Of a DNA stretch of 64,000 nt, positions 27,851-38,185 are shown in pieces. Both the position numbers and the translations under genes were made by a program. The notes below the pieces were generated by a model. That model was not told the origin of the DNA. It was given only the letters and a program-made list of their open reading frames with translations, and searched no databases. The stretch lies in NCBI GenBank assembly GCA_965204725.1, contig OZ242005.1, positions 3,392,001-3,456,000 on the forward strand, given 5' to 3'. This DNA comes from Candidatus Latescibacterota bacterium (GTDB taxonomy: Bacteria; Latescibacterota; UBA2968; UBA8231). The stretch's first letter is position 1. The number at the start of each line of letters is the position of its first letter.

Positions 27851-28936
27851 ATGCAATTCCAAGATCGGTATTCCAAGCTGGACCGGCTCCTGCATCGCTG
27901 GGCCTTTTCCGCGATTGAAATACAAAAGGCCCTAGCCGATATTGAGGCCCGCCTCTACGCCCGGCACTTGGATGGCATTGAAATTGACCGGCCACTATTT
28001 ATCACCGCGCTTCCCCGGGCGGGGACCACGCTCCTGCTGGAAACGCTTGGTTCCCTAGAGGTATTCGCCACGCATACCTATCGGAACATGCCGTTTTTGC
28101 TCATTCCGCTCCTGTGGAACGCCCTTTCGCGCCGCTTTCGCGCACCCGATGCGGTTGTCGAGCGCGCTCACGGCGACGGCATGACCATCGGCTTTGACAG
28201 CCCCGAGGCGTTTGAAGAAGTCGTGTGGCGTGCGTTTTGGCCTGAGAAATACCTCGACGATCGCATCGCTACATGGACAGCGACCGACGAGGATGTTCAT
28301 CGGGAGTTCGGGCCGTTCATCAAGTCCCACCTCGCTAAGATGATCGCCCTGAGAGCGGAGACAAAACCGGAGGCGGTGCGCTATCTCTCGAAAAACAACG
28401 CCAACATATCCCGCATTGCCAAAATCGTTCAGTTGTTTCCCGATGCCCTCATCCTCGTCCCGTTCCGCAATCCCCTCGACCACGCCGCCGCCCTGTTGCG
28501 GCAGCATCTCAACTTCCTGAAAATACACGCCGCCGAGCCTTTTACTCGGCGGTACATGGCGGACATCGGCCACTTCGACCTAGGAGCGAACCTCCGTCCG
28601 GTTGATTTTGGTCACTGGTTGAGCCGGGAGTATTCCCAGCTCACGCATACCGCGGGCTTTTGGCTCAACTATTGGTGCGCGGCCTACGCCCATATCCTCG
28701 CCAATCCCGGCCCCAACCTCCTACTCGTCAGCTACGATTCGCTTTGCGCCAATCCCGGCCCGACCCTGCGGCGCATCGGCGACGCGATAGGCATTGATAA
28801 CCCAACAGACTTGGTCGCCCTCGGCGGCCGATTTCGCCCGCCGACCCGCTACGATGCCGATGCATTGAACATCGATCAAAGCCTGCTCACCACGGCCTCC
28901 GAACTTCACCGCGAATTGCAAAACCGTTCTATATGA
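27851..28936 (+). CDS. PAPS-dependent sulfotransferase family protein
   Basis: LFITALPRAGTT (5'-PSB), PFRNP (3'-PB), YLSKNN. Confidence 0.85.
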   Translation: MQFQDRYSKLDRLLHRWAFSAIEIQKALADIEARLYARHLDGIEIDRPLFITALPRAGTTLLLETLGSLEVFATHTYRNMPFLLIPLLWNALSRRFRAPDAVVERAHGDGMTIGFDSPEAFEEVVWRAFWPEKYLDDRIATWTATDEDVHREFGPFIKSHLAKMIALRAETKPEAVRYLSKNNANISRIAKIVQLFPDALILVPFRNPLDHAAALLRQHLNFLKIHAAEPFTRRYMADIGHFDLGANLRPVDFGHWLSREYSQLTHTAGFWLNYWCAAYAHILANPGPNLLLVSYDSLCANPGPTLRRIGDAIGIDNPTDLVALGGRFRPPTRYDADALNIDQSLLTTASELHRELQNRSI

Positions 28937-28966
28937 GCGTATTGCGAAGCGTCGGTAAAGCCGAGT

Positions 28967-31351
28967 TTAGTAGGCCACGCTGATGATGCGGTGCCGGCTC
29001 GCGGCCCCGGCTTGGGCATCCACCTCCACTCGGCACAGGTACGAACCGGGGGGGACTAGGCGCTCGTCTTGGTCTTGGCCGCTCCAAGTGTAGCGGTAGG
29101 ACTGGTCGGGCTGGCGCTGGCCCGCAAGGGCGCGGACGAGCCGACCGCCGAGGGTGTAGATCTGCACTTGAACGGGTGCGTCCGTCTTTAGAATGTGGAA
29201 GCGGATTTCTGCCGAGTCGCCGATTCCGTCCCCGTTGGGGCTGATGAACGCTTGCACCGAAAGGTTGGCGATTAGCTGCTCGGTGTCTGGGACGCTGGGC
29301 AGATAGACGGTCGTGGCGGCGCGGCGCACCGGATCAACCGGCTGCCAGACCCCTAGCTGCCGCTCGTGGCCGACGAAGGCCCGGAAGAGGGCGGCGTTGC
29401 GCTCGACAACCGCGCTGAACGCCAGCGCGACTTCCTCGCGCCGCACCGTGCGATTGAGCTCCACGAGCAGCGAATCGCCGGCAACGCGCACCGCGGCCGG
29501 CTCGGCTTCGGTGCCATCTATGGTGAGGACGAGCGCGTCGGGGTCGGCGGGCGAGGGCGTTTGCAGGAGGATGCGGTCAAACCCCGGGTTGAGCCGCTCT
29601 AAGGTCGGCGTAATGCGGAAGGAGAAGCGCTGAGCCACGCCCGCCTCGGCCGTGCGCGGCAACACCTCGCCGGTGACCTCGGCGAGGAAGGCGTCGGTAA
29701 ATTCGATCTCTAAGGCGCGCACGGTCGGCGCAGTGGTCGGGCGGTCTGAACTGAGGATGAGCTGAACTTGGACGAAGCGACGTGGGCTGGGGGAGAGGAA
29801 CTGCTCGCCGGAGCGCTGGTAAAAGTTGCTCCACTCGCTCCAGTCCTCGCCAATGCCGATGGTGCTCTGGGTTTCGCCCCGCAGTGCCTTCGGCATCTGG
29901 TCGTACTGCTCGGCCGTTACTTCGGTGCCGTCCTTGCGGAAGTAGCGAAAATTTTCTTGCAGCGCGTTGCCCGAGCGAGTGCGCGCCTGAATGCGAGCAC
30001 CCGGGGGCAAGTCGGCTTCCCAGCGCAGGGACTTGATCACCTTTGCCCGGTTGTCGCCGGCGATTTCCCCCAAGTCGATGAAGTCCGAATTCATTTCCAC
30101 TTGGGCCACATGGCCCACCGCAAACACCAGCGTCTCGATCAAAAACCCGCTCTGGAACTCAAAGCTCGACTGCGCCCCGCCGCCGCCGACCCATTCGGCG
30201 GCGATGAAGCGGACGGGGCGCGGCTCAAAAAGATACGTCAACTGGCCGGGGAACTCGGTCGAGGACGCGAGCAAGGCCGCCGCGTCGCCGATGAAGAGTT
30301 GCTCGAAATCGACTTCGCCCGTCAGGGTGCGGCGACCATTGGAAACGCTCAAGCTATGGGTGCGAATCTGCGGCAGATTGGAGCCGTAGGTCAGAGTGCG
30401 GAGGAGAAAGTCCGAAGTGCGCATCACGATTCGATCCACCCAAAACAGCGCACCCAAATCCCAGTCCCAAGCGATGGGGTCTTGACCGCGCTCCCGCCGT
30501 GCGCCCCAATCGGTATTGGCGTTGCCGTCGGCCATATTGAAGGCAAATCCCCGGCCCGCGCGCTCCTGAATTGTGCCGCCGCGCGCTAGGGTCTGCAAGG
30601 CGATATTTTCTCCGAGCGTATATACTTCTACCTCGGCGAGGGCCGCGTCCGGCGTCTTGGCGTCGACCAAAATCCTTATGTATTGCAGCAGATCATAAGT
30701 AGTATCCGCAGGGGCCTCCTCGCGGCGGCCCCACGCCCGCGTCGCTTCCCGCACCAGCGGCTTTACATCGTACGTCACCACGGTCTCGTCAATGGGCTTG
30801 GTCGTGCCGCCTATTAGGTGAAAGGAGAATATGTCTCGGCGCGTCACGCGGCGGCCCTCAGAGCCGAAAACGCGGAATTCGCGGAAGGGCCGCGCCCCCT
30901 CTTGATCGGGGAAAATGAGGCGAATCTCCGACACGAGTACGGCCCGGCCGAGGTTGATCTCGATCCACCAGTCGTCTAAGGGGGCGTCCGGGTCGGGTTG
31001 CCAGAAGGTATGGGCGCGGCCATCTATGGCCCGGCCGGCCGTTGCGAGGTTGGAGCCGGCCTTCCACGCGCCGCCGCGCCGCTCTTGGCCGCTCACCAGC
31101 TCGTGGGTGAACTCGCCAGCGTTGGCCGCGGCGTTGTGCGTCCCCTTGAATTCGACCGGGGTCACCGACCCGTCCGGGGAAAATGCGAGCGTACCGGCCG
31201 GAAAGGTCCACTGCTGCCACTCGGCTTTGCGATCCACTCGGTACACGGATAAATCGGCGCGCTGAGTCTGGGCGTATGCCGCCAGCACGAGGGCCGCCAA
31301 ACCCAAGCCCGCGAATAGGAGGAACGTTTGGTGCGAGCGAACGCGCTGCAT
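28967..31351 (-). CDS. Secreted discoidin-like + FlgD-Ig-like domain protein
   Basis: Signal peptide, AAGGAG RBS; RAIDG..TFW, WSEWS, ISPNGDG, WSGQD, ends ISVAY. Confidence 0.78.
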   Translation of the reverse strand: MQRVRSHQTFLLFAGLGLAALVLAAYAQTQRADLSVYRVDRKAEWQQWTFPAGTLAFSPDGSVTPVEFKGTHNAAANAGEFTHELVSGQERRGGAWKAGSNLATAGRAIDGRAHTFWQPDPDAPLDDWWIEINLGRAVLVSEIRLIFPDQEGARPFREFRVFGSEGRRVTRRDIFSFHLIGGTTKPIDETVVTYDVKPLVREATRAWGRREEAPADTTYDLLQYIRILVDAKTPDAALAEVEVYTLGENIALQTLARGGTIQERAGRGFAFNMADGNANTDWGARRERGQDPIAWDWDLGALFWVDRIVMRTSDFLLRTLTYGSNLPQIRTHSLSVSNGRRTLTGEVDFEQLFIGDAAALLASSTEFPGQLTYLFEPRPVRFIAAEWVGGGGAQSSFEFQSGFLIETLVFAVGHVAQVEMNSDFIDLGEIAGDNRAKVIKSLRWEADLPPGARIQARTRSGNALQENFRYFRKDGTEVTAEQYDQMPKALRGETQSTIGIGEDWSEWSNFYQRSGEQFLSPSPRRFVQVQLILSSDRPTTAPTVRALEIEFTDAFLAEVTGEVLPRTAEAGVAQRFSFRITPTLERLNPGFDRILLQTPSPADPDALVLTIDGTEAEPAAVRVAGDSLLVELNRTVRREEVALAFSAVVERNAALFRAFVGHERQLGVWQPVDPVRRAATTVYLPSVPDTEQLIANLSVQAFISPNGDGIGDSAEIRFHILKTDAPVQVQIYTLGGRLVRALAGQRQPDQSYRYTWSGQDQDERLVPPGSYLCRVEVDAQAGAASRHRIISVAY

Positions 31352-31370
31352 GGTCTGCTCCTTTTTTACC

Positions 31371-33317
31371 TTAGTACGCAACGCCCACCACGCCGAGGCG
31401 CGTGAAGCGCGCCCGCTCGGCGTCGGCGGTCACTTGGGCGAGGTACAGCCCCACGGGAACCGGGTTGCCGCGATCGTCGCGGCCGTCCCACTCCCAAGCA
31501 AAAGAGCCGCTGCCTCGCGCACCCACAAACAAGGTGTGCACCCGCTGGCCGCCAACCGAGAAAATTCGCACTGCCAACTGTACGGGCTGCTGGAGCTGGA
31601 CCAAGGTACAGGAAATGCGGACGCGCTCGTTGATCCCATCGCCATTGGGCGTCACCGTGGCCGGCTGCACCGCGAAAAACGGGAGCAGATTGCGGCCCGA
31701 AGCGGCCGTGGTCAGCACTCGTAGGTCGTTGGTCAAGACCGCGGGGTTGGCGTCCCCGGGCAGGACCTGTTGCGGGGACTCGTCGCTTTGGGTGTCGAAG
31801 ACTCGGGCGCGAAAGAACGTAGATTGGACGAAGACCTCGGCGTTAAAAACGACGCGCAACGCACTCGGGGATTGATGGGTCAGCCGTTGACTGGGGAAGA
31901 ATAGCTTGAGGCTCCGCTCGCCCTCAACGACGCTGTCGGGCGCGGTGGCAACCGGCGGATCGCCCGCGAACATCTCCGCAAACTGCGGCCTAGCGGGCGT
32001 GAAAATCTCCAACGCATCAAAGCCCACGTCCGTCTCGTTTATGTCGGCGCGGATGTCGTAGGCAAAGGTCGAGAGGGCGCCGGCCGGCACTCGGGGCTTG
32101 TTGCCCGAGGGGCGGGGGGTTTCCAGCGTGGAGATTTCCCCTATTAGTTGCTGGGCCAACGGCGGGATGGAGTGCTCGACCACCAGCGAGTTGACCCGGA
32201 TGCCGTCGAGGATGGAGTGGCTGGTCAGGACGATTTCGAGTTGGAAGAAACGGCGCGGGCTCGGCAGCTCAATCCGCTGGCCGGACTCGGCGAAGGGGGG
32301 CGACCACTCGCTCCAGTTGACTTGGTCGTCTTCAACCGGGCCGCGCACGTTCAGGCCCAGCCGACCGTAGTCGCCTTCCGAGACTTCCCGCACATCGCCG
32401 GTGAAAACATTGACGATCTCGTAGAAGACCTGTGGGGTATCGTCGCGGCCCGTGCGCATGCGAATGGAGACCTCGGCATCGGCCCTAGGCTCGACGTCGA
32501 TGCGGCCCTCCTCTTGGCGCAAGCCCTCGGCTGTCCACAATAGGCGGCTGAAGTTGGCCACCTCGCCCAAGTCGATGATCTTGGACCGATAGCGGCCCTC
32601 CGGGGGAAAGCCCGCTCCGTACACCTCAAACTCGGCTATCTCAAAGGGGTTGGTCGAAGTGACGTTGAGCTGGATGTAGCGGACGAATTGCAATGGGAAG
32701 GGAATGTGCGCCACGCTTTCCGTGGTGAAATCCACTTGGGTCAGCAGGTTGTACACCGGCAGGTTTTCCGGCGTGAAGCGCACGCCATCGCTGACCTGAA
32801 TTTTGTAGCCGCGGATGAAGTCGTCGGCAAAGGGCCGCCCGCGGCTGTCAGCCCCGGCTGGGCGCGGGAAAAACGAGATGCGGTTGATCGGAAAGCGCGT
32901 CCCCAAGTCGAAAAAAAAGGCCCGGCCCGCTTGCAGCACCCCAAATTCCTTGAAGCGATTTTCGCTGGAGGTCTGCGCGTCGCCATCGACGAGCGGGGCA
33001 TTCGTCTGCTTGAAGGGCACGTTGTCCCACACCCGCGCCTCGGCCACCTCTGCGACGAAATCCAAGGGAAAACCCTCGGTCCACCGTAGCTGCCGGACGA
33101 TGTTGTCGTTGGGATTGAACCCGACCAATTGAATGGCCCCGGCCGCGTCGAAGCTGATGGCCGTGGAGTTTAGCTCGTCGTCCCTCCAAGCCCGGCCCGC
33201 GCCCCCCAATTCCCACGGCCGCACCTCGCCCGCCGCGGCCGCGGCCAACCACGCGACTCCAACGAGCGCCCTAGCAGTAGCAGCACAAAACAGCGATTTG
33301 AACGCGGACAAAAGCAA
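31371..33317 (-). CDS. Secreted FlgD-Ig-like domain protein (paralogue of 28967 and 39853)
   Basis: RTGRDDTP, WSEWS, VTPNGDG, WDGRDD, ends VGVAY. Confidence 0.78.
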   Translation of the reverse strand: MLLSAFKSLFCAATARALVGVAWLAAAAAGEVRPWELGGAGRAWRDDELNSTAISFDAAGAIQLVGFNPNDNIVRQLRWTEGFPLDFVAEVAEARVWDNVPFKQTNAPLVDGDAQTSSENRFKEFGVLQAGRAFFFDLGTRFPINRISFFPRPAGADSRGRPFADDFIRGYKIQVSDGVRFTPENLPVYNLLTQVDFTTESVAHIPFPLQFVRYIQLNVTSTNPFEIAEFEVYGAGFPPEGRYRSKIIDLGEVANFSRLLWTAEGLRQEEGRIDVEPRADAEVSIRMRTGRDDTPQVFYEIVNVFTGDVREVSEGDYGRLGLNVRGPVEDDQVNWSEWSPPFAESGQRIELPSPRRFFQLEIVLTSHSILDGIRVNSLVVEHSIPPLAQQLIGEISTLETPRPSGNKPRVPAGALSTFAYDIRADINETDVGFDALEIFTPARPQFAEMFAGDPPVATAPDSVVEGERSLKLFFPSQRLTHQSPSALRVVFNAEVFVQSTFFRARVFDTQSDESPQQVLPGDANPAVLTNDLRVLTTAASGRNLLPFFAVQPATVTPNGDGINERVRISCTLVQLQQPVQLAVRIFSVGGQRVHTLFVGARGSGSFAWEWDGRDDRGNPVPVGLYLAQVTADAERARFTRLGVVGVAY

Positions 33318-33362
33318 TTCCCCCTCTTTATGGCGAAATATAGCCCGTTCTCACCCAGCCCT

Positions 33363-35303
33363 TCAACCCCAGAAAATCACGTTGCCGACCATGCCTGTGT
33401 AGTGATCGACGAACAGAAAAAGGCCCCCCGGCACGATGTGCCCGGCGATCATGCCCATGAAAAAGGGGCGCGTCCGGCGGTAGAGGGCCACCCCGCCGTA
33501 GCGCAGCACCGACACCTTAATCAGCCAAGCCAAGAACATGTCAAACCAAAGGTGATCCATAATCACGGTCGGGCCGATGGGGTAGCCGAGGGGATGGAGG
33601 GGCCACCAGACATAGTACCAGCGCGCCAGCATCAAGAGCAGCATCACGCCGGCCCCAATCCCGGTGTTGATCCAACCCCCTAAATGCGGCTCGCTCGGTG
33701 TGCGAATCAAGCCGGCCGCGTAGTCGTAAAACCCGTGCTTCCCCCCGGGTATTTTCAGGTTGAGTGCCCCGTAGGAATAGCCCAGTTCCATAACCACCCA
33801 CATCGACGAAACCATCCCGATGGCCATGGCCAAGAGCATCGTCCAGAACAGCGGGCGTTTGGAACCGCCGAAGCCCTCGCCCAATTTGAGGCTGTTGGCG
33901 GCCGAAGTCATGGCGAAACTGCGCCCCGTAGTCCAGAAATAGGTCGTCGCCAGCACGACTAAGCCCTGCGCCCCGATGGCCGAAGAGCCGAGGGCGGAGA
34001 CGACGATGGCGGCCGAGCCGACCGGGACCGAACCGTCCGAAAGCCCCCCTTCGGCAATCAGGCGGGTAAAACCCACAAAGAGCGCGGCCGCGGTAAAGAG
34101 AAAGGCTAGGGCAATCCAGACGGGCAGGCCCGCCAGCGCGAGCCACGCGACAATCACCGCGCTGCTGCCCAGCAGAACGAGCACGGCCGTCCGGTAGGAG
34201 AGGATTTCGCCGGAGTCATCCACCTTGGGATCTCCCCACACGGCCTTGCACCACACCGCCCGCAGGTGCTTGCGAGCCGCGAACAGGCCAAACAGAAACA
34301 GGACCAGCATGCCGCCCATCGACTGGTGGACGAGGATCGGGTCGATGATCGAGTGCCCGCCCCCCAGCATCTCCGAGCTGGTGACGCCGAGGACGGCAAA
34401 CGCGGTGCGCAAGGCGTTGGCGAAGAGGTTAAAAAACCACAGGCTGAAGGCGATTTCGGTCTTGAGAAAATAGAAGAAGCCGAGGATGTTGAAGCGGAAC
34501 TTGAATTGCAGTTCGGACAGATTGTCGAAGATGGGCAGAATGAAGTGAATGGGATCTACATTGGTGGCGATGGGCACGGTCTCTGGAAAGTAGTTGTGCA
34601 GCCCGTGCAGCGTGCCCCAGACGGCCGGCACGGCAAAGCCTACCCACATCACCGGGTTTTTGAAGAAGGGGGCCATGCGTTCCCCCCCGGCGTCCTGTTC
34701 GGTGAGGGCCATGGGCACTTGCACCAGCGGATAGGTCAGCCGCTCGTGGTCGTTCCACTGCTTGCGCAAAATCGCCATCGCGGCAATCATCGCCAAAAAC
34801 AAGGCCCACACCAGCGGAGCCCAGCGCAGGAAAATCGGCAGCCAGCCAGCCCACGGAGTGGACCGGCCCTGCTCCAAGCCCTCGTAAAAAGGACCCATAA
34901 CCGCTAGGTCACGCGGCTCCAGCCAGTCCGCTAGGTGGGGCTGGATGAGGGTGTGCCAGTCGTTTTCCGGCGTGGCAAAGTAAAAGGGGGTGAGAATCGT
35001 GCCGATGAACCGGCCGGCAAAAAACACCGGCAGGGGCGAGGCCATGACCATCATTATATAAATGAGTAGGAGCTCGCCGCGGTTCAGCCCGGCCCGAGGG
35101 TGGATCCACTTGAGCAGCGGGTTGACCAAGCCGGCGAGGAAGAAGAGCAAGAACAGGGCACCGACCGTGCTGGTCCCCAGCGTCATGTACGAGCCGCGCA
35201 GATAGAAGACGCCGTAGGAGTCGCCGGCAGCCACGAAAAACGTAAACAGGCAGCCGAGAAGCAGGGCCTTGGGCGTGAAGGCTCCGGCCGCTGGGGGGCG
35301 CAA
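33363..35303 (-). CDS. DUF6785/DUF6784-like polytopic membrane protein (putative transporter)
   Basis: RKQWNDHERLTYPLVQVP, WWPLHPLGY, FFMGMIAG; many TM segments. Confidence 0.8.
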   Translation of the reverse strand: MRPPAAGAFTPKALLLGCLFTFFVAAGDSYGVFYLRGSYMTLGTSTVGALFLLFFLAGLVNPLLKWIHPRAGLNRGELLLIYIMMVMASPLPVFFAGRFIGTILTPFYFATPENDWHTLIQPHLADWLEPRDLAVMGPFYEGLEQGRSTPWAGWLPIFLRWAPLVWALFLAMIAAMAILRKQWNDHERLTYPLVQVPMALTEQDAGGERMAPFFKNPVMWVGFAVPAVWGTLHGLHNYFPETVPIATNVDPIHFILPIFDNLSELQFKFRFNILGFFYFLKTEIAFSLWFFNLFANALRTAFAVLGVTSSEMLGGGHSIIDPILVHQSMGGMLVLFLFGLFAARKHLRAVWCKAVWGDPKVDDSGEILSYRTAVLVLLGSSAVIVAWLALAGLPVWIALAFLFTAAALFVGFTRLIAEGGLSDGSVPVGSAAIVVSALGSSAIGAQGLVVLATTYFWTTGRSFAMTSAANSLKLGEGFGGSKRPLFWTMLLAMAIGMVSSMWVVMELGYSYGALNLKIPGGKHGFYDYAAGLIRTPSEPHLGGWINTGIGAGVMLLLMLARWYYVWWPLHPLGYPIGPTVIMDHLWFDMFLAWLIKVSVLRYGGVALYRRTRPFFMGMIAGHIVPGGLFLFVDHYTGMVGNVIFWG

Positions 35304-35306
35304 GGA

Positions 35307-37946
35307 CTACACCCCGCCAGTGGCGGCGAAGATGCGGACGAAGACGACCGATTGCTTCTGGGTCTGCTCGGCGAAGAACTGGCGCTCTAGCAGGAAGCCG
35401 GCGTTCATGGTCAGCTCGTACCCTTGATAGGACGACACATTCGTCAGCAGGGCCGAAAAGACCAAGCTGCGGAAGTCATCGACATAGCTCGGCGACGCCT
35501 CGGCTGGACGCTCAATTAGGTTCTCAAAGAGGCTGAATTCAACGCCAAAGTCCAAGTGCGTCTTAGGCAGGAGCAAGTACTGGCCGATGAAGAAGAAGCT
35601 CTCGGTCAGTTCGTCGGCCGGCAAGTCAACCAACGCGGTGGGGGTTTCTCGCAGGTACATGCTTTTCCACTTGGGGTAGAAAGCGAGTTGGTCGCTGGGG
35701 CGGATGGCGTAATCGGCCTTGTTGATCAGGCCCAAGAACGAGCGGTCGCGCTTTAGGCGGGCCTGCTCCCCGAGTTGGTTGAAGTGCTCGTACTTTAGCT
35801 TGGCCTCGACGTTCAGGTTGGGGATGCGAAAGTAGCGGGCCTGCAAGTACAGCGCGTTGACAAAGGTGTCTTGGTTGTCGAGCGGATCGTCAAAATCCGT
35901 CAGGCCGACGGGATCGCGCCAGACGATGCGGTCTTCGGGCAAGGTGTCGGCCACGAGTTTGGCGTGTTCAAAAAGGGCTAGGTCCAGCCCGGGATAGGAT
36001 TTTTCCACGGTCAGCAGCCCGTAGAACGAGCGGCTCGCGCGGTCGCTGCTCAACTGGTGCTCGGCGAGCCGGCCGACGGTCAGCCGAGTGCTCTCGGTGA
36101 TTTTTAATCCCCCGTACGCGTTGTAGCCGCGGTGGTCGCGCTCGTAGGGATAGTCGGGCAGGCGGTCGTCCTCAAAGCGGTCGATGATCGTGTTGTTGTT
36201 CATGTCCATGCCAAAGAGGAACTCCGGCGGATCGACCTGATAGCGGAGGAAAGGCTCGACGTAATCCGGGCGGCTGTTCTGGTTTTGGTTGAAGTCGGAG
36301 ATAAAGTCGTTGTTCTCGTCCAGCCCGGGGAAAATCTCCGTGTCGCGGCCCAGCGAGCCGCCCTGCCCTCCAAATCCTTGGCTCTGGCGATAGCGCTGCC
36401 AGTCGGTGAAGCGGTCTTGGTCGTCGTTGTCATCGACAAACTCAAAGAGGTTTTGGGTCTCGCTGGCGTAGTCAATGACCCCGCCCGGGTCGGCGATAAA
36501 GGCCGTGGTGCTGTAATCGGGATCTATGGAGAACACCTCGCCGTATGCAAAGAAGGGGTAGCGCTGGTACGAGGCCGTGACGTACCCGGCTTCGGCCGTT
36601 TCCTTGTAGGCCAGCAGCTTGCGAAAGTTCTGGTTGGGGAAGCGGCGAAAGCGCCGATTGACCGCCCATTCGGCCCGCAAGTCGAAGTGGGCGAGGTTGA
36701 TCAGCTCTAAATCCATGCCCACCACCTCGTGCCCGGTCGGCAGGCCGTAGGCAAAGCGCACAAAGGTCTGATTGGAGCCATCGGTGATCTCGTCGCGGGC
36801 TTGGGCCACCGGCAAGAAGACCTGCTCGCCCCGGGCGTTGGTCTGGAGATTGGAGGCGATCTCTATGCGGTAGTCGTTGGACACCACCAGCTCGAATTCG
36901 AGCTTCTGGGCCTCGCGGAAGGTGCCCACTTTTTCGGTTGGGCTAAAATCGTTGCGAATGTCGTAGATAAGCTCAATTACGTCCGAGCCGCTCACCTCCA
37001 AAATGCCCTCGCGCCGCACGCCGCCGCGCACCAAGGGCACGATTTCCGGGTGCAGCTCGCCATCGATGATCACCTGATCGACGAAAAACGAGGCCCCGGT
37101 TTGCTCGGATTCGGGCGAATCGTCCACGATGCGGATGATGACCCGCTCGACATTGCCCGTGTTTTGGGGGCCGGTCAGCAGGCCCTTGAGCGAGTTGTCC
37201 CCGAGGCTTAGCTCGCTGCTGGTATTGGACACGTTGACCCACGTCAGGCCCAGCTTGGCGAAATCGCCCACTTGGGCCACGCCCCGCGCCCCGAGCAGGC
37301 GGGTCGTGTTTTCGAGTGCCGAAGACCCGGCCGCCTCGTTGAGCGCGGTAAATCCCGGCGCGTTGAGCCGCGAGCCGAGGAGGGTCAGGGCGTACTTGTC
37401 GGCGAGAAAATCCCACTGCAACCCATTGAACGTGGGCTTGGAAAAGGTCAGGGGCGTGAGCGTCGTGCGAATGGCGTCGCCCACGGTCAGGGAGGTGTGG
37501 AATTGGCCGTGGCTGGCCGACGAGATGACGAGGCTGTCGAACCACCGCCCAAAGCGGGTTCCCTTTAGGAGGGCGCTGCCTTGGCGCAGGGGGCTGGTTT
37601 CGGTCCAGTCGTAGATGACCCAGCCGCGGTTGATATACTGGCCGAAGAGGTTGTAGTTGCGGGTGCCTTCGAGCAGGATATTCACGTAGCGCTCGTAGTT
37701 GTCGCGCGCGTAGTTGCTGTATTCCCAGCCGCGCCACTGGTATTCGTAGTACAGGTTCTGCGGCAAGTACCACTTGCGCCGATTGGGCGCCAAGGCCCCG
37801 GGATGGATGCGCACCCCGCGAATCCCCGGTTGCTCAACCGGGCGAAAGCCGGTAGATAGCTGGGCAAGAGCCGTGGATTCTGAGAGTACAAACGCGCACC
37901 ACAACAGCAAGATCGACCCTCTGCGGTAAAGGGTTGTAAGCCTCAT
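35307..37946 (-). CDS. Large secreted/outer-membrane protein of unknown function
   Basis: Signal peptide, AGGAG RBS, DDNDDQD and DENND calcium-type motifs, beta-strand-rich C-terminus. Confidence 0.7.
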   Translation of the reverse strand: MRLTTLYRRGSILLLWCAFVLSESTALAQLSTGFRPVEQPGIRGVRIHPGALAPNRRKWYLPQNLYYEYQWRGWEYSNYARDNYERYVNILLEGTRNYNLFGQYINRGWVIYDWTETSPLRQGSALLKGTRFGRWFDSLVISSASHGQFHTSLTVGDAIRTTLTPLTFSKPTFNGLQWDFLADKYALTLLGSRLNAPGFTALNEAAGSSALENTTRLLGARGVAQVGDFAKLGLTWVNVSNTSSELSLGDNSLKGLLTGPQNTGNVERVIIRIVDDSPESEQTGASFFVDQVIIDGELHPEIVPLVRGGVRREGILEVSGSDVIELIYDIRNDFSPTEKVGTFREAQKLEFELVVSNDYRIEIASNLQTNARGEQVFLPVAQARDEITDGSNQTFVRFAYGLPTGHEVVGMDLELINLAHFDLRAEWAVNRRFRRFPNQNFRKLLAYKETAEAGYVTASYQRYPFFAYGEVFSIDPDYSTTAFIADPGGVIDYASETQNLFEFVDDNDDQDRFTDWQRYRQSQGFGGQGGSLGRDTEIFPGLDENNDFISDFNQNQNSRPDYVEPFLRYQVDPPEFLFGMDMNNNTIIDRFEDDRLPDYPYERDHRGYNAYGGLKITESTRLTVGRLAEHQLSSDRASRSFYGLLTVEKSYPGLDLALFEHAKLVADTLPEDRIVWRDPVGLTDFDDPLDNQDTFVNALYLQARYFRIPNLNVEAKLKYEHFNQLGEQARLKRDRSFLGLINKADYAIRPSDQLAFYPKWKSMYLRETPTALVDLPADELTESFFFIGQYLLLPKTHLDFGVEFSLFENLIERPAEASPSYVDDFRSLVFSALLTNVSSYQGYELTMNAGFLLERQFFAEQTQKQSVVFVRIFAATGGV

Positions 37947-38185
37947 GATCCATCTCCTAATGAGGGAAAGCCCGTCTAGACCTGCGAGCGCTGACAATAT
38001 ACGCCCCGTTCCCACTGCCTACCAAGTCAGTAGCCTATTTCGCCTGTTTGGGTTTTTTTGTTATAATGTAAAATCACTTGGCAGTATCACTTATCCGAAA
38101 GGAGGTTGTGTAGCGTGCTAAACAGCAATTCTCGCATTCCCTTTTTTACTTCATCTCATCTCTTCCAATCAAGGAGCGTAGCATA

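Noticed and set aside
28967-38015. Many long antisense or alternate-frame ORFs (e.g. 29768..30589, 34266..34907, 36973..37773)
   Set aside because: Shadow ORFs typical of high-GC coding DNA, with no recognisable motifs
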